Assembly (NCBI GenBank): GCA_965223795.1
Contig: CBDCXL010000001.1
Coordinates: 288,001-352,000 of the forward strand
Origin: Nitrospinales bacterium
GTDB lineage: Bacteria > Nitrospinota > Nitrospinia > Nitrospinales > VA-1
Direction of reading: 5' to 3'
DNA length: 64,000 bases
The notes below the pieces were generated by a model. It was not told where the DNA came from, searched no databases, and was given only the letters and a program-made list of their open reading frames with translations. A program made the position numbers and the translations under genes. Shown here one piece after another: positions 38,510-48,169 of the stretch. The stretch's first letter is position 1. Every line of letters starts with the position of its first letter.

Positions 38510-39448
38510 TTAACACGATTTGAGGGCGGAAACCGTCTGTTCCAGGGATTTGGGGTCCTCGACCTGAAAACATTTTATTTCCTTGTTGAACCTGCGCATC
38601 AACCCGGACAGCACTTTCCCCGGCCCCAGCTCGACCACCGCTTCGATCCCCTGATCCACAATGGCCTGCATGGTTTCCGCCCAGCGGACCGGGCTGCACA
38701 CCTGCAACCGCAACGCTTCCCGGGCATGTTCGCCGCTGGAGTTGGGTCTGGCATCGATGTTGGTGATGACTGGAAAGGACAGATTTTGAAATACGGTTTG
38801 CTCTAGTTCCTTCTGAAGCTTTTCTTCCGCGGGCTTCATGAGGGGGCAATGAAATGGAGCGCTCACGGGAAGCATCACTGTCTTTTTTGCGCCCTGCCGC
38901 TTGGTTTCGGCGGAAACCTTTTCGACGGCTTCCTTGTGTCCGGCGATCACGGTCTGCTGCGGGCTGTTCAGGTTGGCAGGTGAAACCAGACTGCCGTCTT
39001 CGGACGCATCTTCACAAATCTGGCGAATGGTATCCGCCGGCAGTCCGATGATCGCTGCCATGGCTCCCACGCCAACAGGAACCGCTTCCTGCATGAACCG
39101 CCCGCGCAGGCGCACCAGACGCACTGCATCTTTGAAGCTGAGAGCGCCCGCGGCGACCAGGGCGGAGTACTCTCCCAGGCTGTGACCCGCCGCCAGTACG
39201 GAATCTATATCATGTTCCCTCAACAACTTCAAGGCTATAATGCTGTGCACCAGGAGTGCGGGCTGGGTGTTTTCGGTCAGGTTCAGATCCGTATCGGGCC
39301 CGTCGAAACAGATGGATTTGAGATCCACGCCGAGCACTTCCGCCGCCGTGTCGAAGCAGCGTTTGGCTTCTCCGGTGGATTCGTAAAATTCCTTTCCCAT
39401 TCCTACTGTTTGCGATCCCTGGCCTGGAAACAAAAAAGCGATTTTCAA
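38510..39448 (-). CDS. fabD: malonyl CoA-ACP transacylase
   Basis: FPGQGSQ, GHSLGEY, SAPFH; TTG start at 39448. Confidence 0.96.
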   Translation of the reverse strand: MKIAFLFPGQGSQTVGMGKEFYESTGEAKRCFDTAAEVLGVDLKSICFDGPDTDLNLTENTQPALLVHSIIALKLLREHDIDSVLAAGHSLGEYSALVAAGALSFKDAVRLVRLRGRFMQEAVPVGVGAMAAIIGLPADTIRQICEDASEDGSLVSPANLNSPQQTVIAGHKEAVEKVSAETKRQGAKKTVMLPVSAPFHCPLMKPAEEKLQKELEQTVFQNLSFPVITNIDARPNSSGEHAREALRLQVCSPVRWAETMQAIVDQGIEAVVELGPGKVLSGLMRRFNKEIKCFQVEDPKSLEQTVSALKSC

Positions 39449-39527
39449 GACGGCCGCCCTCCTCTGCAAAGCCGGGTTGAGACGGCAGCGAAACAAAGTC
39501 CCGCCGCTGTCGGAAATCGGTGACGGT

Positions 39528-40532
<1,005 letters not shown>

Positions 40533-40546
40533 CAGGCGTCAGTGAA

Positions 40547-41737
40547 TCAATTGTTCTGCGGATTGGAGTCGGTGGGTTCGGGGTTCTCTTTGGCGGGAGG
40601 TGCGGGCTCATCCGTGTTGCTGGCGCTGTTGTTGTTATTGTTGTTGTGATTGTTGTGTTGGATCTGCTGCCCGTCGCTGCCGAAAGCGATGCTTTTGAAC
40701 TGCTGCCACAATTCGCCTTTGCGGGCCCAGATGTCCTGCTTCTCGATGTTGAATTCGATGTCGTCCTGGATGTGCTGGTTGACTTTTTTCTCGATGAATT
40801 CCTTGGCCCGGTTGATGGCGTTTTTGACCGCCTTGGGCGATGAGCTGCCGTGGGCGATGATGCACACGCCGTTGACGCCAAGCAGGGGCGCGCCTCCGGT
40901 CTCGGAATAATCGACTTTTTTCTTGAACTCGGCGAAACGCGGCTTGAGCAGCAGATAACCGATTTTACTCAGCCAGTTGCTTTTGAACAACAGCTTGAGA
41001 TTGGTCCCGATCATTTCGGCGAGGCTTTCGGAAATCTTGAGCGCCACGTTGCCGGTGAACCCGTCGCAGACGATGACGTCGGCGTTGCCCCGGTACACTT
41101 CCTTCCCTTCCAGGTTGCCGAGAAAATTGATGTGGCTCTTTTTGAGCATCTGAAACACTTCCTTGGTGACTTCGTTGCCCTTGCCGTCCTCCTCGCCGAT
41201 GCTCAACAGGCCGACGCCGGGGTCTTCCTTGCCGAGGATGTATTTGGCGTAAACGTGGCCCATGATGCCGAACTGAACGAGCTGGCCGATCTTGCAGTCC
41301 ACGTTGGCGCCCGCATCCAGCAGGATGGAGGTGCCCTTGAGCGTGGGCAGCACGATGGCGATGGCCGGGCGGTCGACGCCTTTGAGCGGCCGCAGAATGA
41401 AGGTGCTGTATGCCAGGACCGCGCCGGTGTTGCCGGCGCTGACGAAGGCCTGGGCTTCGCCGCTTTTCACCAGCTCCACGCCGATCTTCATGGAGGATTT
41501 TTTCTTGCTGCGCAGCACCTTGGCGGGCACATCGTGCATTTCCACCACTTCCTCGGCGTGCACGACTTCGATGGGCAGGTCCCGGCTGTCCTCGAACTTG
41601 GCCAGCTCCTGCTCGACCCGCTCCTCGATGCCGGTGAGGATGATCTCGGTGCCGTACTCCCGTGCCGCCAGCACCGCTCCCGCCACGATCGACTCGGGCG
41701 CGTGGTCTCCTCCCATAGCGTCCACCACGATTTTCAT
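40547..41737 (-). CDS. plsX: phosphate acyltransferase PlsX with low-complexity C-terminal extension
   Basis: VDAMGGD, SAGNTG, LDAGAN, DGFTGN, HGSS. Confidence 0.96.
   Translation of the reverse strand: MKIVVDAMGGDHAPESIVAGAVLAAREYGTEIILTGIEERVEQELAKFEDSRDLPIEVVHAEEVVEMHDVPAKVLRSKKKSSMKIGVELVKSGEAQAFVSAGNTGAVLAYSTFILRPLKGVDRPAIAIVLPTLKGTSILLDAGANVDCKIGQLVQFGIMGHVYAKYILGKEDPGVGLLSIGEEDGKGNEVTKEVFQMLKKSHINFLGNLEGKEVYRGNADVIVCDGFTGNVALKISESLAEMIGTNLKLLFKSNWLSKIGYLLLKPRFAEFKKKVDYSETGGAPLLGVNGVCIIAHGSSSPKAVKNAINRAKEFIEKKVNQHIQDDIEFNIEKQDIWARKGELWQQFKSIAFGSDGQQIQHNNHNNNNNNSASNTDEPAPPAKENPEPTDSNPQNN
40628..40657. repeat. imperfect trinucleotide (GTT/AAC) repeat in the plsX tail
   Basis: encodes HNNHNNNNNN. 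Confidence 0.8.
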
Positions 41738-41959
41738 GTTGTCCGGTGCTCCATCGATGCGGGTGTGTTTGTGCCGGGGAAACGGTTCGGTTCTGGCCCG
41801 CCGGTCCGGGCGCGGGCTGTCCTGGGTGATGCACTGAAAAAAGGGAATCGCCCTTTCGGGCATGAAACTTCTGAATGCCGGTGCGGGCCGGAATGCTCGC
41901 CGCGGGTTTTGCGGCAGCCGCTGTGATCCGGTCCCGGCGCGCGGCGGAGACCGTGAAGG

Positions 41960-42142
41960 TCAGACCGCTTCGACCTCCATCACTTCCTTGCCTTTGTAAA
42001 AACCGCAGTGCGGGCAAACGCGATGAGGCTGCTTGATCTCATGGCACTGCGGGCATTCTCCATAACCGGGCACGCTGAGCTTGTCGTGCGACCTGCGATG
42101 TCCCTGCCGGGACTTGGAAGTTCTCTTCTTGGGTACAGCCAT
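41960..42142 (-). CDS. rpmF: 50S ribosomal protein L32 (Zn-ribbon type)
   Basis: [16 protein letters not shown]...HRVCPHCG. Confidence 0.98.
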   Translation of the reverse strand: MAVPKKRTSKSRQGHRRSHDKLSVPGYGECPQCHEIKQPHRVCPHCGFYKGKEVMEVEAV

Positions 42143-42283
42143 GATTTCTCCTTGAACAACGGCGTTTTCAAACCTTTCGGGCCGAATCGGCCCGCGGCCG
42201 CGCCGGGCTTCAAAACCTTTATTATATTGTAACCTGTTTCCAGTCAGACCGGCATTTGAATTCGCGTTGGAAATGGCGCCAAT

Positions 42284-42814
42284 TCATTGCAGCCGGTTTT
42301 TTAACGATTTTAGCACCGCCATCCTGGGGTCGCCGGAAGATAGGGCGGCACAGGCGCAGGACTCCCGGTTGCGGTTTGCGCCGCACTGCGGACACAACCC
42401 GCGGCAGTCGTTCCGGCAGCGGGGAACGACGGGCACTTCCAGCAAAATCTGATCCCTGACGCAGCGGGAGAGATCCACGCGGCCTTCGCTGAGCGGTTCG
42501 ACGTCGATGTCGCCCGCGTGCAGCTCCACTTCTCCCGGTTCTTTCGCGCCGCTGTCCTGCGCCACATAATGCGCGGCGGCTTTGCCGCTGACGGGCAGGT
42601 CGAACGGTTCCAGGCAGAGCTGGCAGGCCAGATGCAGCCCGGTCTCGAACCTCCCGTTGAAATAAACTTCGTTGCCCACCGGATTCAGCGTTCCGGATAC
42701 CCGGACATCCTGATTCAGGGTGCATCCCTCCTGATCGATTTCGAACCGGTCCCGCGGCGCGCGCATTTCAAAATCCAATCCGTCTTCAGGAATTTCGTCG
42801 ATTTCAAAGATCAT
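42284..42814 (-). CDS. yceD: YceD/DUF177 family protein
   Basis: CQLCLEP, CRNDCRGLCPQCG, DPR; upstream of rpmF. Confidence 0.88.
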   Translation of the reverse strand: MIFEIDEIPEDGLDFEMRAPRDRFEIDQEGCTLNQDVRVSGTLNPVGNEVYFNGRFETGLHLACQLCLEPFDLPVSGKAAAHYVAQDSGAKEPGEVELHAGDIDVEPLSEGRVDLSRCVRDQILLEVPVVPRCRNDCRGLCPQCGANRNRESCACAALSSGDPRMAVLKSLKNRLQ

Positions 42815-42941
42815 AACCTGGATCGAAGGGAGCTTCTCGACCCCACGCCTGACGGGGGGATTCAACGGGAAGGAGTTATTTTGCCGGATGTTATCTTTAA
42901 TTAAAATAGCAGTCAAGCAAAATGTCACGGCTCAAATCCGA

Positions 42942-43832
42942 TCACCGGGCCCGCGGGTGACAACGGTCGTGCACCGCCAGCATGCGCTCTTTCAGGATAT
43001 GCGTGTAAATCTGTGTGGTGGAAATATCGGCATGGCCCAGCATCTCCTGCACCGCCCTGAGATCCGCCCCGTGCTCCAGCAGATGGGTGGCGAACGCATG
43101 CCGCAGCGAATGCGGGGACAGGCCCGATCCGATCCCGGCTTTTTTGGCGTAGGTCTTGAGGGATTTCCAGAATCCCTGCCGCGTCATCTTTTTGCCGAGC
43201 CGGGTGAGAAACAGCCCGGCGGGGGGACTGCCCTTGATGAACGCGGGCCGGGCTTCATCCAGATAGCGCCGCACCGACTGGAGCGCCACCGCGCCGATGG
43301 GAACCAGCCGCTCTTTGGAACCCTTCCCCAGCGTTCGCAAAAAACCCGCTTCGAGATTGAGATCGGTCACGTTCAGGGACACCAGCTCGCTGACGCGCAG
43401 TCCGGTGGCGTATAAAAGCTCGAGCATCGCCCGGTCCCTGAGGCCCAGCGGCGTGTCTCCGTCCGGCGCGTCGAGAAGCGCGTCCACCTGCGCCATCGCG
43501 ATCACCTGCGGCAGACGCCGCGCCGCTTTCGGCGACTCCAGCAGTTCGGCCGGGTTTGCGCCCTCCCCGCCTTCGCCGCTCAGAAAGCGGAAATAGGACT
43601 TGATCGAGGACAGCGCGCGGGTGATCGACGCGGGGCTTTGCCCCTGCCCGGCGAGGTGGGTCAGAAACGCCCGGATCGCCGTTCCGGTCACCGGATCGCC
43701 CTGCCCCGTGTCTTTCAGAAACTTATGGAAGCGGACCAGGTCCCGCCGGTAGGCGTCGACGGTGTGACGGGAATGGCGCCGCGAGACGGTCAGAAAGTTC
43801 GTGAATTCAATGAGATTATCTTCCATTGGCAT
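42942..43832 (-). CDS. xerD: site-specific tyrosine recombinase XerD
   Basis: RDRAMLELLYATGLRVSEL, TRQGFW, HSLRHAFATH, LGHADISTTQIY. Confidence 0.93.
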   Translation of the reverse strand: MPMEDNLIEFTNFLTVSRRHSRHTVDAYRRDLVRFHKFLKDTGQGDPVTGTAIRAFLTHLAGQGQSPASITRALSSIKSYFRFLSGEGGEGANPAELLESPKAARRLPQVIAMAQVDALLDAPDGDTPLGLRDRAMLELLYATGLRVSELVSLNVTDLNLEAGFLRTLGKGSKERLVPIGAVALQSVRRYLDEARPAFIKGSPPAGLFLTRLGKKMTRQGFWKSLKTYAKKAGIGSGLSPHSLRHAFATHLLEHGADLRAVQEMLGHADISTTQIYTHILKERMLAVHDRCHPRAR

Positions 43833-44101
43833 TTAATGTTATACTATTCAAATAGTTACAATACAACCGCAAATACGGAAGCCCGATGCGGCGGCGCGGC
43901 GGGAGTGGGCTGTCTGCAGGCGGCCTGGAAGGCGCCGACAAAGGCGTCAAGCTGTGCCATGATCGCGGCCGGGCCGCGGGAGGATTTCATAAGTTATTGA
44001 AATTATTGATAAATTGATGAATTCATTTCCATTGCTCAGGCTGTTAAAATAGGGTAGAATCCCCCCGTCCTCAAAAATCGTCTCCGGAAACCGATAATTC
44101 C

Positions 44102-45124
44102 ATGGAAAAAACCACACTCGTTCAGTTTGTTCGGCAGCAGGAAAAGATCAACCCCCAGGCCACCGGTGAGTTCACCAGTCTGATGAATGAGATGGTGGTG
44201 GCGGCCAAGATGGTTTCCCTGGAAGTGAATCGTGCGGGCATCGGCGAGGACATCCTGGGCCTCACGGGTAAAATGAACGTGTACGGCGAGGAGGTGCAGA
44301 AGCTGGATGCCTTCGCCGACATGATCTTCACCAAGATCATCGGCCAGTCCGGGACGGTGTGCGCCATCACGTCCGAAGAATTGGAATACCCGGTCATCAT
44401 TCCGCCGGAGGACAATCCGGGCAAATACATTTTCATGATGGACCCGCTCGACGGATCCTCGAACATCGACGTCAACGTGCCGATCGGCACGATCTTCTCG
44501 ATCTACCGCAAGAAAAGCGCGGGCAGCAAGGTGACCGACGAAGACCTCATGCAGCGCGGCGACCAGCAGGTCGCGGCCGGGTATGTGCTGTACGGATCGA
44601 GCACCATGTTCATCTACACGTCGGGCAGCGGCGTGCACGGTTTCACGCTCGATCCCGCCTGCGGAGAATTTTTCCTGTCGCACCCGAACATCCAGATCCC
44701 GAAGCTGGGGGCGACTTACAGCGTCAACGAGGGCAATACGGAAATCTGGGACGAGGAACAGAAAAAACTGGTGGCGTTTCTCAAGGAGAAGGACCCGGAA
44801 ACCAAACGGCCCTACAAACTGCGCTACATCGGCACGCTGGTGGCGGACTTTCACCGCACGCTGCTCAAAGGCGGCATCTTCATGTACCCGCGCGATTCGA
44901 AAAACCGCGAGGGCAAGCTGCGCTATGCGTTCGAAGCGGCGCCGATGGCCTTCATCGTCGAAAACGCCGGCGGCATGGCCTCCACGGGCGAGCAGCGGAT
45001 ACTCGACGTCACCCCTGCGGACATCCACCAGTGCGTGCCGCTGTTCATCGGCAGCCGCAAAAACATGGAGCTGGCGATGCAGCATCTGAACGACAACGCG
45101 CCGGTGGGCGGAAAAACGTCCTGA
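44102..45124 (+). CDS. fbp: fructose-1,6-bisphosphatase class 1
   Basis: GEEVQKLD, DPLDGSSN, RYIGTLVADFHR, GKLRY. Confidence 0.96.
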   Translation: MEKTTLVQFVRQQEKINPQATGEFTSLMNEMVVAAKMVSLEVNRAGIGEDILGLTGKMNVYGEEVQKLDAFADMIFTKIIGQSGTVCAITSEELEYPVIIPPEDNPGKYIFMMDPLDGSSNIDVNVPIGTIFSIYRKKSAGSKVTDEDLMQRGDQQVAAGYVLYGSSTMFIYTSGSGVHGFTLDPACGEFFLSHPNIQIPKLGATYSVNEGNTEIWDEEQKKLVAFLKEKDPETKRPYKLRYIGTLVADFHRTLLKGGIFMYPRDSKNREGKLRYAFEAAPMAFIVENAGGMASTGEQRILDVTPADIHQCVPLFIGSRKNMELAMQHLNDNAPVGGKTS

Positions 45125-45239
45125 CAACGGCAGCGCCGTCCACCCGGTTTCAAGTTCAACCTGCATGTTCCCTGTACGCGGCCTGTATGCGGCGCGTCTC
45201 TCTCCGGTTCGATTCGATCCGTAAAACCCAAGATCCCCG

Positions 45240-46511
45240 ATGAAAATCCGAAGCATTCGCGGCGTCAAAGACATCCTTCCCGATGAAGTGGGCAAATGGC
45301 AGTGGGTGGAACAGACCGCGCGCGCGGTGTTCCACCGTTACGGCTTCAAGGAAATCCGCCCGCCCATTTTCGAGAACACCGGACTGTTCGCGCGCAGCAT
45401 CGGCGAAACCACCGACATCGTGGAAAAGGAGATGTACACGTTCACCGACCGGGGCGGCGAGCAGATCACGCTCAGGCCGGAGGGCACGGCGTCCGTGGTG
45501 CGCGCCTATATCGAACACAAACTGTACAACCCGCCGTCTCTGCTCAAGCTGTATTACTTCGGCCCGATGTTCCGCTACGAGCGGCCGCAGGCCGGGCGGT
45601 TCCGCCAGTTTTACCAGATCGGCGTCGAGGCGATGGGCTCGGACAACCCGATGATCGACGTGGAGGTGATGACGCTGCTGATCGAGCTGTTCCGCAATCT
45701 GGGAATTGAGGGGCTCAAGCTGGAGATCAACAGCCTGGGTTGCCCCGAGTGCCGGCCGCAGTACCGCGAGGTGCTGAAGGAAGCGATCCGCGGCCACCTA
45801 TCCGAGTTGTGCTCAAACTGCAACCAGCGTTACGAGCGCAACCCGCTGCGCGTGCTCGACTGCAAGGTGGAGCGCGACCGGGAGATCGCCAAGGGACTGC
45901 CGAAAACCCAGGATCATCTGTGTGTCGCCTGCCGGGAAAATTTCGATGCGGTGCAGGCACTGCTGAAGGAATCGGGAACGGCGTATGCGGTCAATCCGCT
46001 GCTGGTGCGCGGTCTGGATTACTATTCGCGCACCACCTTCGAGGTGACCGCCTCGGGTCTGGGCGCGCAGAACGCCCTGTGCGGCGGCGGCCGCTATGAT
46101 TCGCTGGTCGAGGAATTCGGCGGGCCGTCCACGCCCTGCTTCGGGTTCGCTCTCGGTATGGAGCGTCTGCTGTCGGTGATTCCCTTCGACAAACTCGACG
46201 GCGTCCTCAACCCGCCGCCGGATGTGTTCGTGGTGGGGCTGGGCGCGGAAGCCAACCGGCTGGCTTTTCAGATCGTGCACGGCCTGCGCGCGGACGGACT
46301 GGCGGTGGAGATGGATCACGACGGCGGCAGCATGAAAAGCCAGATGCGCAAGGCGAACCGAGTGCACAGCCGCTACACGCTGATTCTGGGAGAGAATGAA
46401 ATCCGCTCGGGGAAATACCAGCTCAAGAACATGCAGGAAGGCGATCAGCAGGAAATCGACGCGGCGAATCTTGCGGCAAATCTGAAAAAAATCCTCAATT
46501 TTCCCTCCTGA
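45240..46511 (+). CDS. hisS: histidine--tRNA ligase
   Basis: LRPEGTA, FRYERPQAGR, LVRGLDYY, GGGRYD. Confidence 0.98.
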   Translation: MKIRSIRGVKDILPDEVGKWQWVEQTARAVFHRYGFKEIRPPIFENTGLFARSIGETTDIVEKEMYTFTDRGGEQITLRPEGTASVVRAYIEHKLYNPPSLLKLYYFGPMFRYERPQAGRFRQFYQIGVEAMGSDNPMIDVEVMTLLIELFRNLGIEGLKLEINSLGCPECRPQYREVLKEAIRGHLSELCSNCNQRYERNPLRVLDCKVERDREIAKGLPKTQDHLCVACRENFDAVQALLKESGTAYAVNPLLVRGLDYYSRTTFEVTASGLGAQNALCGGGRYDSLVEEFGGPSTPCFGFALGMERLLSVIPFDKLDGVLNPPPDVFVVGLGAEANRLAFQIVHGLRADGLAVEMDHDGGSMKSQMRKANRVHSRYTLILGENEIRSGKYQLKNMQEGDQQEIDAANLAANLKKILNFPS

Positions 46512-46549
46512 ACCGCTGGAATCGCGAAACCGGCCGTCTCCACAAAGCA

Positions 46550-46578
46550 TTGACCGCGAAGCCGGTGCATGCTAAATT
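46550..46578 (+). promoter_or_regulatory. putative sigma70 promoter of fur
   Basis: TTGACC-N17-TAAATT with extended TG. Confidence 0.45.
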
Positions 46579-46617
46579 GGATTGGTTCGTAACCAATGAC
46601 TTGATAAGGTTGGAGTT

Positions 46618-47046
46618 ATGTCCAGCAAAGAACTCGAGGTCCTGGAAGATTACATCGCTCAGAACAATCTGAAGATCACCCGGCAACGGCGCGCCGTGCT
46701 CAAGGCGTTTCTCGATTGCGAGGAACATGTGAGCGCGGAAGACCTGTACAACCTGGTGGCCGCCAATGAACCGAAGGTGGGGCTCGCCACGGTGTACCGC
46801 ACGCTGGCGCTGCTGACGCAGAGCGGCCTGGCCTCGGAACTGGATTTCGGCGACGGGCACAAGCGTTACGAGCACAAATACATGCACGGCCATCACGACC
46901 ACATGATCTGCACCGAATGCGGCAAGATCATCGAGTTCAACCATCCCCTCATCGAGAAATTCCAGGAAGAGGTGGCCGCGCGCAACGGGTTCACCATCAC
47001 CTCGCACAAACTGGACATGTTCGGCATCTGCAAGGAGTGCCGCTAG
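46618..47046 (+). CDS. fur: ferric uptake regulator family
   Basis: TRQR, GLATVYRTL, HHDHMICTECG, C-terminal CxxC. Confidence 0.93.
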   Translation: MSSKELEVLEDYIAQNNLKITRQRRAVLKAFLDCEEHVSAEDLYNLVAANEPKVGLATVYRTLALLTQSGLASELDFGDGHKRYEHKYMHGHHDHMICTECGKIIEFNHPLIEKFQEEVAARNGFTITSHKLDMFGICKECR

Positions 47047-47084
47047 TCCGCTTCCGATTTTTCCTCTGAATTAAAAAAGAACGG

Positions 47085-48053
47085 TCAGGTTCCGGTCGCG
47101 GGTTCTTCGGCTTCCGGTTCGGTTTTTTCGGTGTGTTTGGTTTCGGCGGGCGGCGGGGCGTCCGGAGCGGCTTTGAGATCCGCGTACGAGAGCGCGCAGC
47201 GGAAGCCGATGTAGTTGAAGATTTCGTTGATCACCTGACCGTAGGTGGTGACCTTGGGAAACACGCGGTTTTTGGGGTGCAGCCAGGTGCGGTTGGTGAT
47301 CCTCAGCGCGCCCGCAGAGGAGTCGAAAGCACCGCCGCGGATCACTTTGTGCTCTCCGGTGTCGGGACCCTTGGGGTTGTCCTTGGGCTCTTTGCGGTAG
47401 AGCGGTTCGTACCAGTCGGCGATCCATTCCCAGACATTGCCCATCATGTCGTGCAGGCCGTACTGGTTGGGTTTTTTCGCGCCCACCGGGTGGGTCTGCT
47501 TTTCGGAATTGTCCTCGTACCAGGCGTAGGCTTCATCCATCAGGTTGCCCCAGTAATAGCGCGATTCGGCTCCGCCGCGGGCGGCGTACTCCCACTCCGC
47601 CTCGGTGGGCAGACGGCAGGCGCCGCCGGATTTCTGCACGTATTCCTGAACGTCGTAATAGTTGACCTGCTCCACCGGCCGGTCCGGCCCGAGAAATTTG
47701 GACGGGTTGAAGCCCATCACCGCTTCCCATTCCGCCTGGGTCACTTCATAGCGGCCGAGATAATAATCGTCCACGCACACCTCGTGCTCCGGCCGCTCGT
47801 CTTCCTGGGCGTGATCGTTGCCCATCCGGAAACAGCCGCCCTTGATGAACGCCATCCGCTCCGGCGCCTGGCCGGCTTTTTTCAAGTCCTCGCCGGTGTA
47901 AACGATGGGGACCACTTTCGGACCGGCGGGCTTGCTCGGCGCGGCGCTCTCGGGTGGGGGCGTCTCGTCCTTCTGAGCGACGTCCCCGTTTTGCGAACAC
48001 GCGCCCGCGAACAGGAACAGGGCACTGAAAATGAAGAATTTAAGAAGATTCAT
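47085..48053 (-). CDS. FGE-sulfatase (SUMF1)-fold lipoprotein
   Basis: AGAC lipobox, RLPTEAEWEYAARGG, NQYGLHDMMGNVWEW, RGG, GFRC. Confidence 0.9.
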   Translation of the reverse strand: MNLLKFFIFSALFLFAGACSQNGDVAQKDETPPPESAAPSKPAGPKVVPIVYTGEDLKKAGQAPERMAFIKGGCFRMGNDHAQEDERPEHEVCVDDYYLGRYEVTQAEWEAVMGFNPSKFLGPDRPVEQVNYYDVQEYVQKSGGACRLPTEAEWEYAARGGAESRYYWGNLMDEAYAWYEDNSEKQTHPVGAKKPNQYGLHDMMGNVWEWIADWYEPLYRKEPKDNPKGPDTGEHKVIRGGAFDSSAGALRITNRTWLHPKNRVFPKVTTYGQVINEIFNYIGFRCALSYADLKAAPDAPPPAETKHTEKTEPEAEEPATGT

Positions 48054-48169
48054 GATCGGGGGTTTCCGGGAAAGAGAAATTCTATCATGCCGCCGGACGA
48101 TTGCAAAAAAAAAGCAAAGCGCCTCAAAAATCGGCGCTTTCTGCCGATAGGGAAGCGTAGGTCATTCAA

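Noticed and set aside
42942..43832. tyrosine recombinase as a prophage or island integrase
   Set aside because: XerD signature (TRQGFW) and housekeeping neighbours; no att sites or phage genes.
43984..44003. ATTTCA-N8-TGAAAT inverted repeat between xerD and fbp
   Set aside because: Short and within AT-rich promoter DNA; cannot be distinguished from chance.
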